64,000 bases of DNA from Psilocybe cubensis. Lineage: Eukaryota. Position 1 is the first letter of the stretch, and the number at the start of each line of letters is the position of its first letter. Below are positions 39,028 through 52,399 of the stretch, in pieces. Location of the stretch: NCBI GenBank assembly GCA_017499595.2, contig CM039004.1, positions 1,054,001 through 1,118,000 on the forward strand, in the 5' to 3' direction. The notes beneath the pieces were generated by a model that did not search any database, was not told the DNA's origin, and saw only the letters and a list, made by a program, of their open reading frames with translations. The position numbers were made by a program, and so were the translations under genes.

Positions 39028-42000
39028 ATGCAAGCACCGAGTCGAACACCGGACCACAATTTGAACACTCGTCATATCAGAACTCAAGACAAAGTATGCC
39101 ATCATTGGTTACAGGGTAAATGCAGGTTTGGATCGACCTGCAAGTTTCGCCATGGTCTCGAGGAAAAGGGGAGACAAAAGGTACTTGGGTGTATATCTAT
39201 TCAACGTCCTAGAATTAACAATTATACACGAAAGACATCAAACCAAGCCTCTATCGCAGATGTAGGGAAAGTGGTACCAGGAAATTTACCCCTGAATCAG
39301 TTAGTGGTCCTTGATAAGGAAGATTTAGCTCATCAAGCCTTCAGTAGGGGGCCGTTAAGCAAGGATTTGAACGTCCGTGACAGAAGCGCTCGCGATTCTC
39401 CTCAGCATATTCAAAGTAGCAATTCAAATCTTCCGTCGTTTGTTCCTGGTATACGGAATGCGCAACCCCGTAGCACCAATGTCGACACCAAACTATGTTG
39501 GGACTGGAAAAGTGGAAAATGCTCAAGAGGCGAGAGGTGTCGTTTCAGCCATGTAGATCCTTTGAATGTCGAGCGGACAGCAAATCAGGCTCAGGAGATA
39601 CAGATTCGTAGAGAACAGGATGCGAAAGTCGTCGAACGATACCCTATATTGGATTCCAGCCTGGTATCCTTCGGTGCTGGATTGAACATTCTGAAAATCG
39701 TTGCAGGCTTCGACTTATGCACCATGAGAGTGAAAAACCTTCCCATGGATGCCAGAACGGAGGAAATTGAAGATATTTTTCTTCAACAGGGAATATCAAA
39801 ATCGGATTTCTTCGTTCGGCAAGTTAAGGTCGAATTGGACAAACGGGAAGCGACTGTACTGATCAGCTCAGAATATGGGACTACTCTTACACCGGGTCTT
39901 GAGGGCATCCCATTCCGCAATGAATATTTGTCGTTCACATTGGATAACAATACAATCGGCACCAGCATGGATACCACGACACACAGTGCCCCTTTCGTGA
40001 TTGTTTCATGGAAAATTCCTTCCGATACGATAGTTGCTGGGTATCATAGCATGGAGCAAGCGCAGACCATGTCACAAAAATTGAATATGACGACATGGAA
40101 AGGCCGTCAGATTCGCGCTGTGATGAACGAGCGACCACAAGGGGTCGCTGGGTTGAGAAGTTTTAATCCAGCTTCCGTCAAACTCATGAACCTTCCGATT
40201 ACTGGGTCTGTCCCACCCGATTTCCATCAATTCACGGGTACAATGGACCATAAATTACTGAAGTCATCCTCATTCAATATTGAGGAATCCCACGCAAGAA
40301 TCAAAGAGCTTCTTGGCGAATTACCTGGTGTCCTAAAACATTCCTATGAAGTCATAAACGTTGGCACCACAGACACATCTGGCGAAGCCAAAGTCAAAGT
40401 GCATTTCGAGGAATGGGAAGATGCAAAAAATGCCCACACCACAATTAGCGAGTTAGAATGTGGGCTGCATAAGCCCACCTTTAAGCCATGGTTGCCCCCC
40501 AAACCTCTGCGATATACAATCAAGATCCCTGCGCAGCAATATGAAGCGTAGAAGAGGCAGTGGGATGAAATATCGACGGCCAAAGTTGGAAGGGATGCGT
40601 ATGTGCATGTCAAACTTGGAAACCGTGGGGACGTTTTCATAAGAGTTCTGGGCCAGGATAAAAAAGCGGTTGGACAACTCAAAGTCAGAGTGGAGAGTAT
40701 GGTATCTGGAGAAAGGCTTCCACCGGAATATTGGCATCCTTCGTGGATGACTCACAGCGCAAGACCCTTCTTCAGTCGCGTTTTCAATGATAAAAAGGTG
40801 TATATTCGCACTGATTTCAAATCTCGGACTCTTAGAGTGTATGGAGAGCCACATCTAATCGCAGAAGTCTGCCCAATGATCAAAGAAGAAGTGGACCGTT
40901 TGAGCCAGCGAGAAACCACCAGGTCTTTGAACCGTGCCTCTGTCGGTTTTTTCGTTAGAGAGGGATTGGGAAAATTGGTCGAGCTTTTGGGAGAAGACAA
41001 TGTTGTCTTGAATCTTGCATCAAGGCCTTGTTGCATTACAGTCAAAGGAGGAGAGGAAGCATATCATCATCTCAAGAGGATGCTTGACGAATGTAACAAG
41101 GCTGGCAGATCATTCAGCTGCACTGCCAATGCCGAAGAAAGAAAGGAAGCTTGTCCTATCTGTACAGATGAAGTAACCCATCCTGAGCAATTAGCGTGCG
41201 GCCACATGTACTGCGCTGGGTGTATGAAACACTTTCTAACTTCTGCAATTGATGCCAAAACATTCCCCCTTGTGTGTATGGGCAACAATGCCACATGCAA
41301 CGTCCCTTTTCCGATCCCTTTCATGCAAAGATTTCTGCCCGAGGGCACTTTCCGTGCCCTCGTTGAGGCTGCCCTGGTTCATCATCTCGATCAACACCCA
41401 CAAGAGTGGAGATATTGCACCACACCTGATTGCAAACAAATATATCGTCGGCGTTCTATGCAGGCTGCCTTACAGTGCCCCTCTTGTTTTTCAACCATAT
41501 GCCCGGCGTGTGATAAAGAAGCTCACGAAGGGATGACCTGCGAAGAACGAAGGATTCTCAAAGATCCGGCTGAACAACAACGATTGACCGAGGAGTTGGC
41601 GAAGGAATTCGGGTATAAAAACTGTCCCCAATGCGATGTCTTGATAGAAAAAACGGAAGGTTGCAACCATATGACATGCAAATGCGGAGCACATATCTGT
41701 TGGAGTTGTATGGCGGTTTCTGATGACAGAGGACCTTTCAACGGAAATACGATTTATGTTCATATGAATACTGTGCATGGAAACATCTACGATCAGGCCC
41801 CAGTTGGCATTGATTTGGGTGATGTACAAAACCGTCAGTTTGTAGCGGAACAAGCGGACGAACTCGCTAGGATTGAACGAGAGCGAATAGCTGCACAACA
41901 AGGAGCAAGAGGCCAATGGAGATTTCAGGATCATGATGCAGCTGGCTTCCATATTGCTCATGCTGGACCAGCACAACCACAACTGCAGAACGTCCACAAC

Positions 42001-42237
42001 AGACTGGATCAAAACGAACGCATGAGATTAGTCGAGGAAAACCGCAGGAGATTGGTTGAGGAGGAAAATCGCAGGCGTCAACAATTGGCAGAGGCAGAAG
42101 CTCGCCGGCATAGGATTGCATTCGAACAGAGGATAACACGTCAACGAATGGAGAATGAAGAACTTTTGGCTAGGGCGAGAGCAGTACAACAACGACGAGA
42201 CGCGGAAGACAGATCTTGGGGGTGTGTACTTATGTGA
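39028..42237 (+). CDS. RBR (RING1-IBR-RING2) E3 ubiquitin ligase with CCCH zinc fingers and RRM-like regions; one in-frame TAG at 40549-40551 (possible null allele or pseudogene)
   Basis: CHHWLQGKCRFGSTCKFRH and CWDWKSGKCSRGERCRFSH; CPIC...CGHMYCAGC; YCTTPDC...CPSC...CPAC...H...C; CPQC...KTEGCNHMTCKCGAHICWSC. ORFs 38986-40551 and 40603-42237 are in the same frame. Confidence 0.88.
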
Positions 42238-42558
42238 AAAGCTGATTGACGCAGAACGGTATGCAATGTGCGGTGCCGTAGATGGAATATACACAGACAG
42301 CACACAGTTTGTGACACCTTCACCTTATGACACGATTTTCGACCTAGGCTAAAAATGATATAAATGTTGTACAATTATGCGAAGACAAAATGCACGTAAG
42401 AACTAAGGCGCGCTTATGTCCCATAGAATCTCTTGGTATAGAAGGCTTTCAATGTATGAGTCAGTTTGTAAAAATTGACATCAGAAGGGTGCTGACACAC
42501 CTAACAGCCCATAAACATTAACGAAGTATGAGTAAAACGAATCAAGCATGGGAACCCA

Positions 42559-43329
42559 TTAGTCGATGACCCCAAGATGATCCTCCTTTATCGTTCCAAT
42601 GGCAAACTTGGATGCATTGTTTATTCGTTCTGGTGAATAAAAAAGAATCACGTACAATTTCCGTCGCGTCAACACGCGTGCCAACAATCTTTAGCCGTAT
42701 TTTTGTGTTCTTTTCAATGATCTGAGTAACATAAGTTAAAAACGAAAACTAGTCAATGGTAAAAGGTACCTGATCCTCAGATGCAAAGGAAGGAGGATTT
42801 GAATTGGGATCAAATTTCATATCCGGAAGAATAAGCTGGAAAGGAGAGCTGTAAGCAAAGACCTCGAAGGACGCCAACGGTGTATACTTGATGAGATACA
42901 AAGACCGTGAGCGGTCCAACATCTGCAAAAAATCCCATCTGATCCCTAGATTAATACTGTATTTACAAAGCAGCAGAAAAAGACCCACTTTGTTGACATT
43001 ATTCACGACACCATCGACAACTTCGCCTTTGAAAGGTTTGAAGACAATTGCTCGGTATCTCGTGATAAATTCTGCCTGCCCACTCCCACTGAGAACCATA
43101 CCCTTCCCTATATCCAGAACTGAGACCACAGCAATGATATATCCGAACTGGCCTGAGCATGTGCCTTCTACATCTGAGTACAGCTTGTTTTCTAGAAAGC
43201 TCAGCATTCGTGGCCCAAAGTATGATGGGTGGAGAAGAATGGTATGTGTTAGCTCTTTCTGTCGTTGTAAGAAATCAGATACAGCAAGGAGCCAACGTAG
43301 CGGGCTACCACACTTACTATGAAAAACAT
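42559..43329 (-). CDS. RPB7: RNA polymerase II subunit RPB7
   Basis: MFFI|KELTHTILLHPSYFGPRM...DVEGTCSGQFGYII...YRAIVFKPFKGEVVDG...RLKIVGTRVDATEI|FAIGTIKEDHLGVID. Confidence 0.97.
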
Positions 43330-43439
43330 GGTGGGGTTATTTCGAGAAGAACAGAGGATGTTTATGCAAAACAGTGAACCGTACCTACGAATTCACGTGA
43401 CATTAAGATTATATATTATTAATTTTGTACATTATCGTA

Positions 43440-43526
43440 GGCCGACTAGCTCAGTTGGTTAGAGCGTCGTGCTAATACCGCTTACGTAATACGCGAAGGT
43501 CTTGGGTTCGACCCCCACGTTGGCCA
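43440..43526 (+). tRNA. tRNA-Ile (AAT) with 13-nt intron (43478-43490)
   Basis: Acceptor GGCCGAC/GTTGGCC+A; D-arm TAGCTCAGTTGGTTAGAGC; anticodon arm TCGTG-CTAATA[intron]A-CGCGA; T-loop GGTTCGACCC; T-runs just downstream. Confidence 0.95.
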
Positions 43527-43732
43527 ATAATTTTGAAACTTTTGGCAGAGGTGTGTTGTTTGATTTCATCTTTGCCAATGCCAATAATTGTCTTTTTACA
43601 TATGGTTTTTTTTGGGCTCAAATTTTTGAACTGAAAAATAGTGATATACTGTTTTCTGTCAAACCAAAATATATACAAACAATTACATCCCTGAATCCTG
43701 AGTCCTCAGACGTCATTCGCCTAACACCTGAT

Positions 43733-44641
43733 ATGAATCCCGCAATATCTCTTGATGAAGAAGTGCGATTGTACAACACAAACGCGGAGAGAGAGAAATA
43801 TACGACGTTGGCTACCTTGTTCGGCATTATCACTGCCCTCGATTATCTGGAACGCGCTTATGTTCGAGATTCCATCACAGCAGCAGAGTGAGTGACATCT
43901 CTCATCTCAAAGCTTGACATTGTGCTGAGCAATAGCACTGTATCTAAAGAGATATTCGCCAGCATGTACCCGATTGCTGTCGCAGTATAAAACTATGCTG
44001 AAATTGGTTGGATCAGACGTACCCAGTGTCGAAGAGTTCATGAAGCGTTATCGCGTTTGTGGTTTTCCATTCAATATCAGAATGCACCGATCTTGAACTG
44101 CAACGCAGATGGATCATCCAGCTGCCCTTCATAGACTGAAAGTTGGGGTACCTGCCACTGTCGAACACTCCAGTGAAGCAGGGCCCGAGACTGGTAAATG
44201 GATAGCGAAGACTACGCAAGTAAGTACCTCACGTTTTCACAACAGACGCCACGCCATAGTTTGCACTTAGGATTTTATTACCTTTATGGATGGCCTGAAA
44301 CTACGAATGCGGGCGAAAGATCAGTTACATCCACTTTTACAAGAGCTTGTGACTGGTTACGCTAGATTTAAAGGAAGCAAAGATTGGGAAGGGCGGAGTC
44401 GCATGGTCTCCTGGTAAATATTCTGTCGAAAATCCCCTCCATGTTTCGCTTATCGCCTCTAGGTTAATTACGCTGAACGGAATGAAAGCTTCTGAAGTCT
44501 TGACAGAAGACCAGGCTCGTCAGGTGAGACACCATTCTCATTTTTTTTCTTTGTTTGCCTGACGGGTATTGCAAAGTTGGCCTTTGACGTGGATCATGCA
44601 TATGCAGAATTCTTCCGCAGTTTAGGTGGAGAAAAAAGTGA
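43733..44641 (+). CDS. VPS28: ESCRT-I subunit VPS28
   Basis: SLDEEVRLYNTNAEREKY...LDYLERAYVRDSI, YSPACTRLLSQYK, FITFMDGLKL..RAKDQLHPLLQEL, EDQARQ|LAFDVDHAY. Confidence 0.96.
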
Positions 44642-45715
44642 TGTATCATAGACCTTCCGTCAAGGCATTACGCCTTTTCGGTTCGCCGTTTGAAGATTTT
44701 GCTGCTTAATGTTTCGAGTGCTGCAACAAATCTAAGCCGAGCTTCGTCCAAATTGCAGATGCAAATTTTTTCGGACTTGTGCACGACTTTCGAGGCCATC
44801 CATTGTACCCCTCCCATCAGCGCCGAAACCTCATCGCAAAACGTCTGATCACCATATAGCAACATTATTCCTGCGCACAACGTCTCGGAGATTCCTAATC
44901 AGCGATCTTCATAGGACGCTCGTCAACAAATTCCTAATGAGGATCTCGATGTTTCATTCGGAAATCGAATTGTATATGATTCATTTGCCACGGTTCAGAT
45001 AATTATTCTCTTTTTGATCTGATATCGCGCCAGTTAGGCCAAATAGCCGTTTGATTCGAACTTGCAGTGTTACAAAATAACAATCTGCTCACAGCCCAAC
45101 GCACCTCATAGGTCACTTTCGCAAATTCTGATCAAACAATTTCGTATTTGTCTGTGACATACATTTCCTCTTATAATGCCCCAGCCTTCGGTCCGTCGTC
45201 TTGTCGGTTCGGGTTGGAGTCACTTACAATGACATAAAAATAGCGAAAGGTATGATTTAGCGACGATTTGTAACATCGGGATGCATTTCAAGCCTTCGAG
45301 AAGCATATGGACCCCGGAGGAGGAAACCTTACCGCTGGCATTCGATTAATTCGTGAATGCCGGCGTCGCATACACCTAATCACCGAATCAAAAACCGAGG
45401 TCAGAAATCAGTCTGCTCTGTTTCGTGGGACCGCCCTCTTTTCTCCCTCGTCGCGACAACTAACAATGATATTTAGAAGCGCTCTCTTGGCACGCTCGAG
45501 GAAAAACGAACTCGAGGCCTCGAGAACCCTGGACACATGGACCGCCGGGACTTGAAGAATTCGATTAACACATCATCCACACACAGGGATCGAAACACCG
45601 GACACATTTGGTTTAGATTGGAGAAGCAAAAATATGTATTTAAACCAGCAATGTGGAAACCTCAAGTGTTGTTCTTTTCTGTTTGACGGTTGTATTCCAT
45701 AACCCAAAGGCAGAT

Positions 45716-48009
45716 ATGCTCACTTTTTCCTATGGTTTCGCCGGGCTTTCGTGTCTAGTGGGCGCTTATGCTTTTATCGGACCTTCTACCAACTTGTACA
45801 TTGGGAACAAAGTTATTTCTCCCGATGGATTCAGTCGCTCGTATGCTTCAACTTGTTTGTGTTTGACAAATATTTAATTCTTTTTGCGTCCTTGCAGCGC
45901 TGTGTTGGCTGGAGCCCGTCCGGATTCTCTCGTTTTTCCTGGACCAACCATCCGCGCTGTGAAGGTACACTCTCGCTTGTGTGGAAATTTCGATAAATAC
46001 CGACTTTTAGGGTCAATCAGGGAGAAACACTTCGTCTGAATGTTGTAAACCAGTTGAAAGACAAGGCCATGTTGATGAGCACAAGTGTGGTCAGTATACA
46101 TGCACACTTCGGTACCTACACCTTTCCTGATGGGTATGCCTTTCAACACTGTATAGCATTGGCACGGTTTCTCTCAGCAAGCAACACAATGGGCGGACGG
46201 AACGGCAGAAGTTACGCAGTGTCCGATTGTCCCTGGAAGCTCGTTTATGTACCAGTTCAGCACTCAAAATCAAGCTGGCACCTATTGGTACCACTCACAT
46301 TACTGTAAGAAATTACGCCGCGACTGCTAGCATTGCGGTCAGTTAACAATTTGACTTGTATTAGCCACTCAATATTGCGATGGTTTAAAAGGCCCTTTGG
46401 TTGTTTATGACCCTGCAGATCCTCATAGGTCAAAGTGAGTACGTGTAAAGTCAGGCGTTTTAAATCCGCATAACGATAATTTAATTTCTAGATATGATAT
46501 CGATGACGGTATGTAAATTAGCAATTAACAGGGTCTACACCTGGGCGCTGACCGAGATCACCAGAATCCACTATTATCACGCTTTCTGATTGGTATGCCC
46601 TTTCTTCTAATGCTTAAAGTTTGAAACATTCAAAATCAACGCGCGCAATTTTCAATAGGTATCACATGGCAGCTCCGACTATACCTTTTCCACCTGTTTC
46701 AATGGCTACCCTTATTAATGGGAAGGGGCGCTATGCTGGCGGCCCAAACTCTCCTCTGGCCGTAATCAACGTCGTGCCTGCCTTGAGGTATCGCTTCCGA
46801 CTGGTGTCTATTTCTTGCGACCCCGACTTCACATTCTCGATTGACGGGCACTCATTGGTCAGTATATATTATTCTTTTGCATATTGATTGTCCTGCTTAT
46901 ATGGTTTTAGACCATCATCGAAGTCGATTCAGTTAATGTTGCTCCTCTTGTGGTCGATGAAATTAATATTTTGGCGGGCCAGCGTTACTCGTTTGTCCTA
47001 AATGCCAACCAACCTATCGGAAGTTATTGGATACGTGCCAATCCCAATAGCGGCACAAAAGGATTCGATAATGGAATCAACTCTGGGATTCTGAGATATC
47101 TTGGTGCTCGTAAGGAAGATCCAAAAACCAATAGCACTGTAAACAATCCTCTACTTGAAACCAATCTTCACCCATTAGTGAACCCTGCTGCTCCTGGGCT
47201 TCCATTCCCCGGCGGGGCGGATGTGAAGATTCACTTGGACATTCAATTTGACTTTTCCGCCTTTAAATACACTGTAAACAATGTGTCATATTCCCCCCCT
47301 GCCATACCAGTCTTGCTGCAGATTCTCAGCGGCAAGAGCCGCGCGCAGGACTTGCTCAATCCGGGTTCTATGTATGGCCTACCTCCCAACAAGGTCATAG
47401 AAATTTCGATGAACAGCGGGTCACTCGCGAGCCCGGTAGGCTTTGAGATCTCTGTTTAGTGAATTGAGAACTGATCTGTTTTAATTCAGCACCCAATGCA
47501 TCTCCATGGAGTGAGTGTTTTTGAAAATACTCCAATAAATCATCCAAATTGAGTTTTTACAGCATAAATTTTCTGTCATTGAAAGCGCAGATGGCACAGG
47601 ATTCAATTTCATAAACCCTGTCAGGCGCGACGTGGTTAGCATAGGATCAGATCCTAATAGAAATGTTACGATTCGGTTCAAGACGGATAACCCAGGACCA
47701 TGGATATTTCATTGGTACGTTCTTACAATTAAACGTTAACCAAAGATGCTGATGTCTATGCAGCCATGTCGACTGGCATCTCGAAGCGTGAGTTTATGTG
47801 CTACATAAGTTATCCGATGGAGATCACTGACGCTGTTATAACAGTGGTCTCTCCGTTGTCTTTGCGGAAGATATTCCAACCATAGCGAAAAGCAAGCATC
47901 CAAGTACGTCATGTAGATTTTGGGTGAGATGGATGCTAACCGCATTTTAGTGGCATGGGACAAGCTCTGCCCGGCCTTTGACGCCCTTCCCCCACAAACC
48001 TTCCCATGA
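45716..48009 (+). CDS. Laccase (multicopper oxidase, CAZy AA1)
   Basis: All four Cu-binding motifs present after splicing: HWHG, WYHSH, HPMHLHG|H and [18 protein letters not shown]; signal peptide; [11 protein letters not shown]. Confidence 0.96.
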
Positions 48010-48651
48010 GCATCCGTAAAGATGCCATTTACATTGTTTTTTGACCTGTGTATAACGGCTGTATCTATTTATTAACGAGGGAGTCCTCTGTAACACAGGC
48101 TAAAAATAGACCGGCCACAATTCCGGAATATCGCTCACTAATTTGGCATCCTGCCAGATTCTAAGGCGAAAAATTAGCACACCAGTCGGAACGTGTAGCT
48201 TCAAACCCTCTGGTCGTGCTTTCGCTGCTTGCTCTGAAGCAAGTCGGAGTCAGCTGGACAGTGGGCTGATCTCTGGAAGTAGTCGCCTCAGTCGACTTGG
48301 CACGCTCGTAGAGCACATCGGTGAAAAGTTCAAAATATAATGGACAGCAATTGCAATTGTTTAATTAGCGCACTGAGAGTCAAGAAAATTTCGAGTCCGT
48401 CAGAATAATGGTAGCGACTGATTACTTATATATTAACGATATGGTCTGAATTCGTTGACGTCTATTTGGTTCTCCGCAATTTCGACAGGTCCGCCCACTG
48501 AAGCTTGGACCTTCTGCACCTGTTAAGGCTTTGGTAGACTAACTTTTCCTTTGGCGTGAATTGAATATGCGAAAAGGCGGGAAAAAGCGAAGCGTTGCCT
48601 GACTTGTGATATAAGTATATAGTAAACAGAGGACAATGTAATAAAGTAGTA

Positions 48652-48667
48652 ACGCGTCATGACGCGT
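48652..48667. promoter_or_regulatory. 16-bp palindrome ACGCGTCATGACGCGT (two MCB-like ACGCGT sites) upstream of the M28 peptidase gene
   Basis: Perfect palindrome seen directly, about 290 bp upstream of the ATG; regulatory role is inferred. Confidence 0.35.
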
Positions 48668-48953
48668 GAAAAATTAAACAGCCATTTCGGTACCTGATCG
48701 AGGCACTAATAAATTCACCGCGGCCCATTTGTTAAAGTTTGTTAACCCTCTGCTCTTATTTCACCTCACTCTCATTCACCTGACATACAACACCACGTCG
48801 GCTTGTCAAGAGCCTCATTGACCATCACTGGTCCAAGTACCAGCGAACATCCTCTATTTGACAGGTAAGCAAACGTGTCCTAAAGGAGACAAAACCGTCA
48901 ACAAAGCTATTTAGAGGCCTCGGGCTCTTGCTCTCAATTTCCCTTCGTCACTG

Positions 48954-51900
48954 ATGCCGTCTAGCATCCGTTGGGGAGCATGGCGCTCAATATTCATGTT
49001 AACGCCTGTCCTGGTCGGGGCACCTTGGTTTGCCTACCAGCAACATTACAGTCAGTATTTTCAAGCTTTGCTTCCGTCGCCATATTTGACTTACTTTGTT
49101 TAAAACAAGAACTTCCGAAACCTCTATCCGCGTTGTCAGTCTATGATATTCACATACACTATTGCGTGTTTAATGTCTCGAATGCAGAACGAATCCGGAC
49201 ACTCAACTACCACAAATTTCTGAAGAACGAATTCTCGGAGTCGCTCAGCATCTCTCGGAAGGCATCGGCTTTCGCACCGTCGGGACTTACGAACACGCTT
49301 TAGCAGATGCATGGATGGTAGATGCTGCCGAGGAAGTCAAAAAACGATGTGAAGAAATTGTTCTTGAAACCGGAAGAAAGCTAAAATGTGAGGTTTGGCA
49401 TCAAGAGGGAAGTGGGGGGCACCGGTACGCCGAATTCTATCCTTCGAATGAATTTTTTTGATAGTCAGTAGATTCGACATGATGGGAAAGCGTCTTTACA
49501 AGACATACGTAAATCTCACCAATATCATCGTCCGAATTTCAGACGGCACGCCTGAAGGCATGGAACATGCGGTTCTCGTCAATTCACATCTCGACAGCAC
49601 CCTACCTAGTCCAGGCGCTGCAGACGACGCGTTGGCAGTTGGTATCATGTTGGACTGTATGCGAGTACTCATAGAGACACCCAAATGGTCTCCAAAACAC
49701 GCGATTATCTTCCGTGAGTCCATGTAAACTGTCGTAGCGCTTCACACATCTCAAAAGGTTTTAGTCTTTAATCACGCAGAAGAATCTTTGCAAGACGGTT
49801 CGCATTTGTTTTCCACTCAACATCCTATCGCCTCGACGTGCGTCACTCGTATATACACAAGATACAATACTTATTTTTCCTTCAGAGTACGAGCTGTGAT
49901 CAATCTTGAAGGTTTGAGAATGTGGTATTTTATCTGTAGCGAAAGCTTAAACAGAGCATTTTAGCCGCTGGTACAACTGGAAGGGAAATTCTCTTCCAGG
50001 CGACCTCGGAACAGATGATCGAAGCGTATTCTCATGTTCCAAGGTGCTTCTTTTCTACCTACATGCCTTTGGACATGTCTAAATGTAATCACAGACCTTA
50101 CGGTACCATCTTCGCCAACGACATCTTTAGCTCAGGAGTTATCATGTCCGAGTATGTATCTTGACACCTACCTACCCATGACATACTGACCTTGGTCAGC
50201 ACCGACTTCCGCCAGTTCGAACTGTATTTAAATGTCACAGGTCTAGATGTGCACCATTCTCTTCTCGTCTTTATTTTCCTTTTGCTCATCATTTGCTATA
50301 GATGGCCGTGGTTGGGAACAGCTATTTGTATCATATGCGTAAAGTAAGCGTAAACTTGGCATATTCATACCTACCCTTTAATCCTTTTAACAGGATTTAG
50401 TCGAGAATATCGAACCAGGAGTTGCTCAGGTCAGTTGAAACCATGATGCTCTTCTAAACACTTTTTGAAATCCCATTCCAATAGCACATGGGAGAAAACA
50501 CTCTTGCTCTTCTTCGACATCTCTCTTCTAATGGCTCTCCCCTCCCTGCTTTGACCGAAGGATACACCCGCCCTACAACCGTCTTTTTTGCACACGTTGG
50601 GCCCACTTTCTTCATGTATTCGTTCACCACTGCCAAGATCATGTACTCTGTTCTTTTTCTGGCATCCGTCATATTGGTCCGATGGACCTTTGTCGACCCG
50701 GCCCCAGCCCTCAAAACAGGGCATGGTTTTTGGAGGGAGCAAATCAAAGGTTTGATGGCCGTATTGGTTGGTATGGTTGGGACGATTGCTGTACCAAATG
50801 CAGTTGCGATCATTATGAAATTTGCCTTAAAAAAGAGTATGAGCTGGTTTAAGAGTCCCTTCGCTCCTATTGGGCTGTATGGCCCACCTGCGCTGCTGGG
50901 TATGGGATCCTTCACCTATATATCTGCATCACATCCGGTTGTACTAATCTATCCAATAGGTGCTATGGCTTCCCAATACCTGATCGGCGAAGTCCATGAG
51001 CAATCCGTTTTTACGGCAATGCTTTTGATACAAGCTTTTTTCGCCATTGCCCTTCAGATGGTTAACATTGGATCCGCTGCGATGTTCTTCTTGATCGCTC
51101 TCCCATTCTTTGTTGCTCTTCTATTAAACCTTGTGTTTGTGGGATCAAATAAGAGAATATCTCTATGGACTTATGCAATTGGTCAATTACTCCCGGCTCT
51201 TACTGGTTCTCTCTTGATGTTTGGTGTCGTGGAAGTGTTTGTTCCTTTAGTGAGTCATTTTTAAAAAATTTCAGTAGCAAATTCTGATGGTGTTCCTCGT
51301 TGGACGAAATAGACAGGCCGTATGGGAGCAGATGCCCCTGCAGACAATATTGTTGCCATCATAGTTTCATCTCTCGGAGCGCTCGCATTCCCTTTGACGT
51401 TACCTTTTGCTCATCGCTTTGGAAAACGAACGTTATATAAAGGAGTTGTCTTTATGAGCATGGTAACTACACTGTCAATAGCGTATTATGCGACTTTGGA
51501 GCCCTTCGATGAGATGCACCAAAAAAGGCTTTTCATTATACGCTCTGAAAATGTACGTCACTCAATGGTTATTGATCAAGCAATTATATATCGAAAGCTT
51601 TTCATAGATCACGACTCATGAACATTATCTTCATATCGCTGCAGCGGACGGTGCTCCTGGTTTTGAGTCGCTTGTAGAGGCTATCACCAAGGAATTTGGT
51701 GGGGCTGGGGTTCAATCTGTCCCTGTGGTTATGGATGACTATAACAGTGACTGGGATTCTTTATACCCTTTCTCGGCTGTAAGTGATTTGTACCTTACTG
51801 GCTGACAGGTGTTAACATGACCATCCTCCAGTTTTTGGCTCCATACAAGTTACCCTTGACGGTTGATGCGGATTATGTTTCTCCTTGGGTTAATGAGAAA

Positions 51901-52399
51901 CAGTTCACTGTTACCAGTGTGATTCACAATGAAAATTCGATACCAGGAACCAGAAATATCACTGTTCATGTATCACATCCCGGTCTTATATGGACAGGTA
52001 TCTATTAATTCCTAGGTTCTGTTATGCAAAACTTATTGAATATGATATCTAGCTATCGCCTTTGATGCTCATGTCCTCAAATGGTCTTTGGACAACAACC
52101 CTCCTGATGAATACGCTCGCCATCACATCAAGGAAGGCTCTTTCTATGGCCATGACACATATTCATTCGACATGGTCGTAAAACTTCAACCCGGTGCGTC
52201 ACCGGATGATAAAGATATTCTCGTGAACTTCATCGGCATGCAAGAAAATGGGATTTGGCCTGCTAAAAAGGCTGTAAAGGCACAGGGAGGCGTAGCCATG
52301 CAGCTGTTTGAGAACATTGACACGTGGCTAGACGAAAAGACAGGTGGTAAAGTGGACGCTTTGTTGTTTGGATCTGTTGCGGGTGTATCACACATCTAG
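48954..52399 (+). CDS. M28 family membrane metallopeptidase (ERMP1/PFF1-like)
   Basis: N-terminal TM helix, VLVNSHLDS...PGAADDA, FNHAEESLQDGS, VINLE|AAG, S|TDFRQF, YLYH, and multiple C-terminal TM segments. Confidence 0.92.

Noticed and set aside
40548-40643. Possible 96-nt intron (GTAGAA...TAAG) removing the RBR stop codon
   Set aside because: Poor donor, no clear branch site, and the enclosed sequence reads as normal coding; not excluded without RNA-seq.
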